NCBI GenBank assembly: GCA_030841285.1
Contig: JAVECW010000071.1
Coordinates: forward strand, 1,176-65,175
Length of the DNA: 64,000 bases
Direction: 5' to 3'
Source of the DNA: Microbacteriaceae bacterium
GTDB lineage: Bacteria; Actinomycetota; Actinomycetes; Actinomycetales; Microbacteriaceae
Shown: positions 56,703 to 64,000 of the stretch, in pieces
Layout of the letters: every line of letters begins with the position of its first letter
How positions within the stretch are numbered: position 1 is the stretch's first letter
Translations under genes and position numbers: made by a program
Notes under the pieces: generated by a model
Told to the model about the DNA's origin: nothing
The model's input: the letters and a program-made list of their open reading frames with translations, nothing else
The model's database searches: none

Positions 56703-57655
56703 GTCAGGTAACGCCATCCAGTGGGAGCCTGCGCGGCGCAGTCGACCTCAGCACGCTGGTCAATCGCTCGGCCGCTCCGGCCCCCACTGCGGAGAGCGGA
56801 TCCGGAGTTCCGCTGCCCGGCCTGTTCTTCGACGGGACCGATGCGAACTTCAGCGATTTCCTCGACCTGTCGATGACCGTCCCCGTCATCGTCGACCTGT
56901 GGGCGGAATGGTGCGAGCCGTGCAAGCAGCTCTCTCCCATCCTCGACAAGCTCGTGGGGGAGTACGGGGGTCGCCTCGTGCTCGTCAAGGTCGATGTGGA
57001 TGCCAACCCGCAGCTCACGCAGGCGTTCCAGGCGCAGTCGATTCCCGCGGTGGCCGCCGTCATCGGCGGACGGCCGGTCTCGCTTTTCGCCGGTGCGATC
57101 CCGGAGCAGCAGGTGCGCGAGGTTCTCGAGCAGGTGCTCGTCCTCGCCGCGCAGAATGGCGTCACCGGGTCGGCCATCGTCGATGGCGCAGGCGAGAGCC
57201 CCGGTGCCGGTGCCCCTGCCGGCGAGCCGGAGCCAGCGCCGTTGCCGCCGCACCACGCTGAGGCGTACGAGGCAATCGAACGCGGCGACTACTCCGTCGC
57301 GATGGCGGAGTACAAGACTGCGATCGCGCAGGATCCGCGCGATGCGATGGCGGTTGCGGGGTTGGCGCAGGTCAGCCTGCTCGCGAGGCTCCAGGGCAAG
57401 ACGATCGACGAGATCCGCACCGCGGCGGCATCCGCACCAGATGACCTGGATGCCCAGCTACTTGTGGCCGATCTCGACCTGTCGGGTGGCCATCTCGACG
57501 ACGCGTTCGACCGGCTGCTCACACTGTTCCCGACGCTCGACGCTGCAGGCAAGGACGCCGTGCGTACGCGACTGCTCGAGTATTTCGAGATAGCCGGTGT
57601 GGACGACCCGCGCGTCACCCGGGCCAGGGCTAGGCTGGCGGCACTTCTCTACTGA
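56699..57655 (+). CDS. thioredoxin-domain plus TPR protein (YbbN/CnoX-like)
   Basis: ATGA overlap with the upstream gene. Thioredoxin motif WAEWCEPCK. C-terminal helical TPR-like half. Confidence 0.85.
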   Translation: MSQVTPSSGSLRGAVDLSTLVNRSAAPAPTAESGSGVPLPGLFFDGTDANFSDFLDLSMTVPVIVDLWAEWCEPCKQLSPILDKLVGEYGGRLVLVKVDVDANPQLTQAFQAQSIPAVAAVIGGRPVSLFAGAIPEQQVREVLEQVLVLAAQNGVTGSAIVDGAGESPGAGAPAGEPEPAPLPPHHAEAYEAIERGDYSVAMAEYKTAIAQDPRDAMAVAGLAQVSLLARLQGKTIDEIRTAAASAPDDLDAQLLVADLDLSGGHLDDAFDRLLTLFPTLDAAGKDAVRTRLLEYFEIAGVDDPRVTRARARLAALLY

Positions 57656-57681
57656 CGTGTTCTGACTCCAGGGGGTCACGG

Positions 57682-58467
57682 GTGTCGCGTGTGCTTGTTG
57701 TAGGGGGCACGGGCCTCTGCGGACGCCACGTGACGCTCGAGGCGGTTCGTCGCGGCCACGAGGTGAGCGTCGCGAGTCGGCGCATTCCAACAGAGGGCGA
57801 CCCCGCATACGTGGCCGGTGCGCGATACGCGGTGGCTGATGTCGTGACGGCGTACGGCCTGGAAGAAGTCCTGGATCGCAACGACGTCCTCATCGACACG
57901 ACCAACGGCGTCGGCCGGGCGTCGCAGACCGTACTCACGGTTGGCACGCTCAATCTGCTGCACGCCGCTGCGCGCTGGGGTATCGGCAAGGCGGTGCTGC
58001 TCTCGATCATCAATGTGGACAAGTCGAGCTACTCCTACTACCGGGCCAAGGCCGCACAGGAGCAGATCTACCGAGAATCCGCGCTCGAGACGCGTATCGT
58101 TCGGACGACCCAGTTCCACGACCTCATCACATCGTTCTTCGAGGCGGGTGCCCGGGTTGGCTTGATCCCTGCATTCTCCGGGGTGCGGTTCCAGACGATC
58201 GCAACGGCGGATGTCGCCAGCATCCTGGTGGACGCCGCCACGGGTGCTGGAGAGCCGGATGCGACCGAGACATTCGCAGGCCCCCAGATACTCACAAGCA
58301 GGCAGATGGCCGAGCAGTGGAAGCGCGCGACAGGGCGGCATGGCCTCATCGTCCCCATGCCGGTTCCCACCGCCGTGGGCCAGGTATGGAAGGCCGGAGG
58401 CAACCTCGCGCGGGATCGGGTGGCGGGGACGATCAGTTACGCCGACTGGCTTACCTCGCGGGCCTGA
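57682..58467 (+). CDS. NAD(P)-binding NmrA/atypical-SDR family protein
   Basis: GTG start. [14 protein letters not shown] Rossmann motif. 261 aa. Confidence 0.8.
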   Translation: MSRVLVVGGTGLCGRHVTLEAVRRGHEVSVASRRIPTEGDPAYVAGARYAVADVVTAYGLEEVLDRNDVLIDTTNGVGRASQTVLTVGTLNLLHAAARWGIGKAVLLSIINVDKSSYSYYRAKAAQEQIYRESALETRIVRTTQFHDLITSFFEAGARVGLIPAFSGVRFQTIATADVASILVDAATGAGEPDATETFAGPQILTSRQMAEQWKRATGRHGLIVPMPVPTAVGQVWKAGGNLARDRVAGTISYADWLTSRA

Positions 58468-60670
58468 GCCAGAGCCCGGAGAGCGGCGGAAGGACGATCT
58501 CGGCCGATGCCGGTCGTCCAGCCCACGGCTCGTCGAGCGCCTCGATAATGCCCAGATTCCCGACACCCGATCCGCCGAACGCTGTCGCATCCGTGTTCAG
58601 AAGCTCCTCCCACCTGCCCGCGAATGGCAGGCCGACACGGTAGTTCGAATGCGGATTACCGGAGAAGTTCATCAGGATCACGATCGGGTTGCGGTCCTCG
58701 TCGAAGCGCAGGAACGACACGACGTTGCCCTGCGCATCGCCTCCGTCGATCCATTCGAAGCCGGCCGGGTCGTTGTCGAGCGCCCAGAGCGGTCGATTGG
58801 CGCGATAGACGCGGTTCAGCTGGCCGACGAGGTCGAAGAGGCCCCGGTGCGTCGGCTGATCGAGGATCCACCAGTCAAGGCCGCGCTCCTCGCTCCACTC
58901 GGAGGGCTGACCGAATTCCTGGCCCATGAAGAGCAGCTGCTTGCCGGGGTGCGCCCACATGAACGCCAGGAACGCCCGGACGTTGGCTAGTTGCTGCCAA
59001 TGGTCGCCTGGCATCTTCGAGAGGAGCGATCCTTTGCCGTGCACGACCTCATCGTGGCTGATCGGCAACAGGAAGTTCTCGCTGAACGCGTAGACGAGGG
59101 AGAACGTGATCTCGTTGTGGTGGTACGAGCGGTACATCGGGTCTTCGTGGATGTATTGCAGGGCGTCGTGCATCCAGCCCATGTTCCACTTGAAGCCGAA
59201 GCCTAGGCCGCCGCTCGCCGTGGGAGCCGTCACACCGCCCCAGCTTGTGGATTCCTCGGCGATCATGACGATGCCAGGGCTGCGTTTGTACGCAGTGGCC
59301 GTGACCTCCTGGAGGAAGCTGATCGCCTCGAGGTTTTCGCGGCCACCGTATTGGTTGGGCAGCCACTCGCCATCCTTGCGTGAATAGTCGAGATAGAGCA
59401 TGGATGCCACGGCGTCGACTCGCAGCCCGTCGACGTGGAATTCCTCGAGCCAGTAGAGCGCGTTCGCGACGAGAAAGTTGCGCACCTGCGACTGGCCGAA
59501 GTCGAACACGAGTGTGCCCCACTCCTTCTGTTCGCCGCGCCGCGGGTCCGGGTGCTCGTACAGAGGCTGGCCGTCGAAGTTGGCGAGTGCCCACTCGTCC
59601 TTGGGGAAGTGGCCGGGCACCCAGTCCATGAACACGCCGATGCCGGCCTGGTGCAACCGGTCGATGAGGTAACGCAGGTCGTCTGGGTGGCCGAAGCGGC
59701 TGGTCGGGGCGTAGTAGCCCGTGACCTGGTACCCCCAGGAACCGCCGAACGGATGCTCCGCGACGGGCAGGAACTCGACATGCGTGAACTGGAGCTCGTG
59801 GAGGTATTCGATGAGCTGGTCCGCCAGCTCGCGGTAGCCGAGGCCTGGTCGCCAACTCCCGACATGAAGTTCGTAGACGCTCATCGGCCCGTCGTGGGGG
59901 TTGTATGCGCCCCGCACGTCCAGCCACGCGCCATCCTGCCACTCGTAGTGCGTCTCGCCGACGACGGATGCCGTCGCAGGCGGGTGCTCGGTGTAACGGG
60001 CCATCGGGTCCGCCCTGCGCACCCAGACGCCGTTCTGGCCGAGGATCTCGAACTTGTACGTGGTGCCGGGAGCCACGCCGGGCACGAAGAGCTCCCACAC
60101 ACCCGTCGGGCCCATGTTTCGCATGGCGTGCTGCACGCCGTTCCAGCCGTTGAATTCGCCGATCACGCGCACCGCGCGGGCATGCGGCGCCCACACCGTG
60201 AATGAGGTGCCAGAGACGGCCCCCAGGACGCCCACGTGCGGGCGGTGGTGGGCGCCGAGTGCGTCCCACAGCCGTTCGTGCCTGCCTTCGCCGATCAGGT
60301 GCAGGTCAAGATCGCCGATCGACGGGGCGTAGCGGTACGGGTCGTCGGCCGTCCAGCTTGGCGCATCCGCGTAATGCGTCTCGATCTCGTAGTCCACGGG
60401 GCCGAGCAGGCTGAAGCCCTGCCAGATGCCGTGCGCACGATGGCCGAGTTCGACCCGCGATCCGGTCGCGAGGACGGCGATGACCTCGCTCGCGAGCGGC
60501 CGCAGGGTGCGGATGACCGTGACCGGGTCCGCGATTCCCGGTGCGCTGACCACGTGCTGCCCGAGCACAGAATGCGGGTCGTGATGGCGACCCTCCGCGA
60601 CAGCAGCGATGAGCTCGTCGCTGAGCGGCGGCATCTCGATGGCCGCGGTGCCCTCGGGGATCGGTGCCAT
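58451..60670 (-). CDS. glgB: 1,4-alpha-glucan branching enzyme
   Basis: ORF 58451-60754 trimmed to ATG 60670, which shares one base with the glgE stop (TAATG). GH13 motifs ([33 protein letters not shown]). Confidence 0.95.
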   Translation of the reverse strand: MAPIPEGTAAIEMPPLSDELIAAVAEGRHHDPHSVLGQHVVSAPGIADPVTVIRTLRPLASEVIAVLATGSRVELGHRAHGIWQGFSLLGPVDYEIETHYADAPSWTADDPYRYAPSIGDLDLHLIGEGRHERLWDALGAHHRPHVGVLGAVSGTSFTVWAPHARAVRVIGEFNGWNGVQHAMRNMGPTGVWELFVPGVAPGTTYKFEILGQNGVWVRRADPMARYTEHPPATASVVGETHYEWQDGAWLDVRGAYNPHDGPMSVYELHVGSWRPGLGYRELADQLIEYLHELQFTHVEFLPVAEHPFGGSWGYQVTGYYAPTSRFGHPDDLRYLIDRLHQAGIGVFMDWVPGHFPKDEWALANFDGQPLYEHPDPRRGEQKEWGTLVFDFGQSQVRNFLVANALYWLEEFHVDGLRVDAVASMLYLDYSRKDGEWLPNQYGGRENLEAISFLQEVTATAYKRSPGIVMIAEESTSWGGVTAPTASGGLGFGFKWNMGWMHDALQYIHEDPMYRSYHHNEITFSLVYAFSENFLLPISHDEVVHGKGSLLSKMPGDHWQQLANVRAFLAFMWAHPGKQLLFMGQEFGQPSEWSEERGLDWWILDQPTHRGLFDLVGQLNRVYRANRPLWALDNDPAGFEWIDGGDAQGNVVSFLRFDEDRNPIVILMNFSGNPHSNYRVGLPFAGRWEELLNTDATAFGGSGVGNLGIIEALDEPWAGRPASAEIVLPPLSGLWLRPAR

Positions 60671-62712
60671 TACTCGACCGCCTTCACTCGCAGGATGTGG
60701 ACAGGTTCGTCGAAGGCATCCAGGCGCACGTAATTGTCTGCGCTCCAGGTCCACTTCGCGCCCGTGATGAGTTCCTTGACCTCGTAGCTCCTGCCGAGCG
60801 GGACGCCGAACCGGGTGACGTCGAGGTGCACGACGGTCTCGCGCACCGAGTGCGGGTCGACGTTGGCGACGACGAGGATGGCATCCGCTTTGCCGCTGCG
60901 GGTGAATTCGCCGCTCAGGTACTTGCTGTAGACGAGGATCGAGTCGTCTTCGCTCTTGTGAATGTGCAGGTTGCGCAGCTGGCGCAGTGATGAGTGCTCG
61001 CTGCGGATCTGGTTGAGCAGCGTGAGATAGGGCGCGAGCGAGCGGCCCTGGGTTTGAGCGCGGGCGTAGTCGCGCGGCCGGTACTCGTACTTCTCGTTGT
61101 CGATGTATTCCTCCGCGCCGGTGCGCGCGACGTTCTCGAAGAGTTCGAAGCCCGAATACACGCCCCAGGTCGGGGCGGCCGTCGCGGCGATGGCTGCGCG
61201 GATCTTGAACGCGGCCGGGCCGCCGAATTGCAGGTACTCGGTCAGGATGTCCGGCGTGTTGACAAAGAGATTGGGGCGGAGGAAATCCGCCGTCTCGTGG
61301 GCGAGCCCGTCGAGGAACTCCTCGAGCTCATCCTTGGTGTTGCGCCAGGTGAAGTACGTATACGACTGCTGGAAGCCGATCTTGGCGAGTGTCTGCAGGA
61401 TCGCGGGCCGCGTGAATGCTTCGGCGAGGAAGACGACATCCGGGTACTGTGCGTTGACTTCGTGCAGCAGCCACTCCCAGAAGTCGAGCGGCTTCGTGTG
61501 CGGATTGTCGACCCGGAAGATGCGGATGCCCTGTCCGATCCAGTAGCGCACGATCCGCAGCACCTCGGCGCGGATGCCGGCCGGGTCGTTGTCGAAATTG
61601 ACCGGGTAGATGTCCTGGTACTTCTTCGGCGGATTCTCCGCGAATGCGATGGAGCCGTCTGGCAGCGTCGTGAACCATTCTGGGTGCTCGATCACCCAGG
61701 GGTGATCGGGGGATGCCTGAAGGGCGAGGTCGATCGCGATCTCGAGTCCGGCCTGCTTCGCCTTGCCGAGGAAGTACGCGAGGTCCTTCTCCGTACCGAG
61801 ATCCGGATGGATCGCGTCGTGACCGCCCTCGGCGGAGCCGATTGCCCACGGCGAGCCAGGATCGTTCGTGCCCGCGTTCAGTGAATTGTTCGGGCCCTTG
61901 CGAAAGGCGCGCCCGATCGGGTGGATGGGTGGCAGGTAGACGACGTCGAATCCCATGGCCGCGATCTCGGGCAGGCGCCTGGCCGCGGTCCGGAAGGTCC
62001 CGGATTTCCACGAGCCGTCCGCGTTCTTCTTCGCGCCCTCCGAACGGGGAAAGAATTCGTACCAACTGCCGACGCCGGCCCGCGTGCGCTCGACTCGGAT
62101 GCTGCGGGTGGGGGAGAGGGTGGGAAGGTCGATGAGCGGGCGGGCCGCCAGGATGTCGACGATGCGAAGATCCGTGGCCGCCGCGAGACGTGCATCCGCT
62201 GGCAGGTCCCGCTTCGCCAGAGTCTTCGCTGCTTCGCTGAGGCGCCGTCGCTCTGCTGTGCCGTAGCGCTTGTCTGCCTTGGCCCGCTCGAGCAACCCCG
62301 CGCCCGTCGTGAGCATGAGTTCGACGTCCACGCCCGCCGGGATCTTGACGGCCGCGTCGTGCAGCCAGGTCGCATACTCGTCTGCGTATGCCTTCACCTG
62401 GAAGCGCCACATCCCCTCTGCTTCGACCTGCACCAAGACGAGCCAGCGATCCGTGCCTGGCTCGGCTGGCGTCATCCGATGCTCGGTTTGCACTCCGTCC
62501 GGGTCGACGAGAAGCAGGTCGACGCCGATGACGTCGTGGCCCTCGCGAAATGTGGTCGCGCCGAACGGCACCACTTCGCCGCTGAAGGCCTTGGCCGGCC
62601 AGAGTCCGTCGTCGACCTGGGGTGAAAGCGCGAGGATCGGGATGCGGCCGAGGACCGGCCTGAATTCGGATCTCGGTTGGTCATTCGCGGTCGTCGGTTC
62701 GGTGATTGCCAT
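60670..62712 (-). CDS. glgE: alpha-1,4-glucan:maltose-1-phosphate maltosyltransferase
   Basis: ORF 60670-62817. ATG 62712 chosen as start (MAITEP...). GlgE-type blocks [35 protein letters not shown]. Confidence 0.9.
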   Translation of the reverse strand: MAITEPTTANDQPRSEFRPVLGRIPILALSPQVDDGLWPAKAFSGEVVPFGATTFREGHDVIGVDLLLVDPDGVQTEHRMTPAEPGTDRWLVLVQVEAEGMWRFQVKAYADEYATWLHDAAVKIPAGVDVELMLTTGAGLLERAKADKRYGTAERRRLSEAAKTLAKRDLPADARLAAATDLRIVDILAARPLIDLPTLSPTRSIRVERTRAGVGSWYEFFPRSEGAKKNADGSWKSGTFRTAARRLPEIAAMGFDVVYLPPIHPIGRAFRKGPNNSLNAGTNDPGSPWAIGSAEGGHDAIHPDLGTEKDLAYFLGKAKQAGLEIAIDLALQASPDHPWVIEHPEWFTTLPDGSIAFAENPPKKYQDIYPVNFDNDPAGIRAEVLRIVRYWIGQGIRIFRVDNPHTKPLDFWEWLLHEVNAQYPDVVFLAEAFTRPAILQTLAKIGFQQSYTYFTWRNTKDELEEFLDGLAHETADFLRPNLFVNTPDILTEYLQFGGPAAFKIRAAIAATAAPTWGVYSGFELFENVARTGAEEYIDNEKYEYRPRDYARAQTQGRSLAPYLTLLNQIRSEHSSLRQLRNLHIHKSEDDSILVYSKYLSGEFTRSGKADAILVVANVDPHSVRETVVHLDVTRFGVPLGRSYEVKELITGAKWTWSADNYVRLDAFDEPVHILRVKAVE

Positions 62713-62863
62713 CGCGTCTACTGCGTCCGGTTGGCGGCTTTCCACGGTCTTTCCCACAACTCCGACCGTAGCGCTCTGCACCCGTCTTGGCACCCCTTGC
62801 ATGGGTGAACGTGGCATTGCGGCGCATTTACCTGGGGTAACGCGCCTCCCTTAGGCTAAGGCG

Positions 62864-64000
62864 GTGAAGGCAATCCGTCGTTTTACCGTTCGAGCAGTGC
62901 TTCCTGAGCAGCTGGCCGCCCTTGAGGAGCTCGCGGGCAACCTGCGCTGGTCCTGGCATGAGCCGGCCAGGGAACTCTTCGCGCGGATCTCGCCGGAGCT
63001 CTGGCAGCAGACGGGTCACGACCCGATTGCGCTCATGGGTGCCGTTCCGCCTGCGCGGCTCACCGAGCTCGCCGCCGATGGCGGCTTCGTCGGTTGGTCG
63101 AACCAGCTGCGAGACGAACTGCGGACCTATCTCGAGCAGCCGCGGTGGTACCAGGGCCTCGATGACGATGCTCCGAAGGGCATCGCATACTTCTCGCCGG
63201 AGTTCGGGATCGCGGCCGCGCTCCCGCAGTACTCCGGCGGTCTCGGCATTCTCGCGGGCGACCACCTCAAGAGCGCATCGGATCTCGGTGTTCCGCTGGT
63301 CGGGGTCGGCCTGTTCTACCGGTCTGGGTATTTCAGCCAGGCCATCTCGGCTGACGGCTGGCAGGTCGAGAACTACCCACTTCTCGACCCGGACGGGCTC
63401 CCGCTCTCCGTGCTCCGCCTGCCGGACGGCTCGCCCGTGCAGATCACACTCGCGCTCTCAGGCGGGCGCACGCTGCATGCGCGCGTGTGGCAGGCCGCCG
63501 TCGGTCGAGTCAGGCTCCTCCTCCTGGATACCGACATCCCCGAGAATGAGGAATCGCTGCGCTCTGTCTCCGATCGTCTCTATGGCGGCGGTGGAGAGCA
63601 CAGGCTTCTGCAGGAGCTGCTGCTCGGCATCGGCGGCGTGCGCGCCGTCAAGCAGTGGACCGAGCTGTCCGGAGCGGAAGCGCCCGAGGTCTTCCACACG
63701 AACGAGGGCCACGCCGGATTCCTGGGCCTCGAGCGCATCTCCGACCTCATCGGCGAGGGCCTGAGCTTCGCCGAAGCGCTCCAGGTCGTGCGCGCTGGCA
63801 CGGTCTTCACGACGCACACTCCGGTCGCGGCGGGTATCGACAGGTTCGAACGCCCGCTCATCGAGAGCTATTTCTCCACCGACCTGCTGCCGGGTGTCAA
63901 CGTCGGCGACGTGCTCGCTCTCGGCGCGGAGGACTACCCCGGCGGTTCACCCGACGTCTTCAATATGGCCGTCATGGGTCTCCGCCTCGGCCAGCACGCC
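62864..64000 (+). CDS. glgP: alpha-glucan phosphorylase (GT35, GlgP family), N-terminal 379 codons; continues beyond window
   Basis: Not in the ORF track because there is no stop before the window end. My translation from GTG 62864 is stop-free to 64000 (VKAIRRFTVRAVLPEQLAAL...YFSPEFGIAAALPQYSGGLGILAGDHLKSASDLG...HTNEGHAGF). Confidence 0.9.
   Translation, partial: MKAIRRFTVRAVLPEQLAALEELAGNLRWSWHEPARELFARISPELWQQTGHDPIALMGAVPPARLTELAADGGFVGWSNQLRDELRTYLEQPRWYQGLDDDAPKGIAYFSPEFGIAAALPQYSGGLGILAGDHLKSASDLGVPLVGVGLFYRSGYFSQAISADGWQVENYPLLDPDGLPLSVLRLPDGSPVQITLALSGGRTLHARVWQAAVGRVRLLLLDTDIPENEESLRSVSDRLYGGGGEHRLLQELLLGIGGVRAVKQWTELSGAEAPEVFHTNEGHAGFLGLERISDLIGEGLSFAEALQVVRAGTVFTTHTPVAAGIDRFERPLIESYFSTDLLPGVNVGDVLALGAEDYPGGSPDVFNMAVMGLRLGQHA

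Overview
High-GC (about 68-70% by eye) actinobacterial chromosome segment. The gene order is the conserved core backbone: terC' / leuCD-murA-plsC-gpsA-ddl / DUF3515 / thiL / rsmD / recG-coaD-moxR-DUF58-transglutaminase-yceD-rpmF-rnc-mutM / livJHMGF-like ABC / smc / ftsY-orf-ffh / rpsP-KH-rimM-trmD / rplS-lepB-rnhB-DUF2469 / yraN-yifB-dprA / xerC / rpsB-tsf / pyrH-frr-cdsA / glgB-glgE divergent from glgP. This order fits a Microbacteriaceae-like actinomycete best, but the taxon is inference only. I call about 60 CDS. Most are on the + strand, and many are translationally coupled by 1-8 nt start/stop overlaps (ATGA, GTGA, TAATG). I recognised no rRNA, tRNA, CRISPR array, IS/transposase, prophage gene, toxin-antitoxin pair or known defence gene. 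No transcription factor is evident either. Most long antisense ORFs in the six-frame track are high-GC artefacts. This is therefore an ordinary housekeeping region, and I cannot point to a clearly novel system. Six things deserve a second look. (1) A 713-aa DivIVA-motif protein whose centre is about 30 uninterrupted 11-residue (33-nt) repeats. (2) Its divergent neighbour, a 612-aa membrane protein with an internal lipoprotein-like signal, coupled to a thioredoxin-TPR gene. (3) The coaD-coupled MoxR / DUF58 / transglutaminase triad. (4) A structured inverted-repeat element in the smc-ftsY spacer. (5) A candidate structured leader upstream of rplS. (6) Several short tandem duplications. All functional calls come from motif recognition by eye, with no database search, so families are probable rather than proven.
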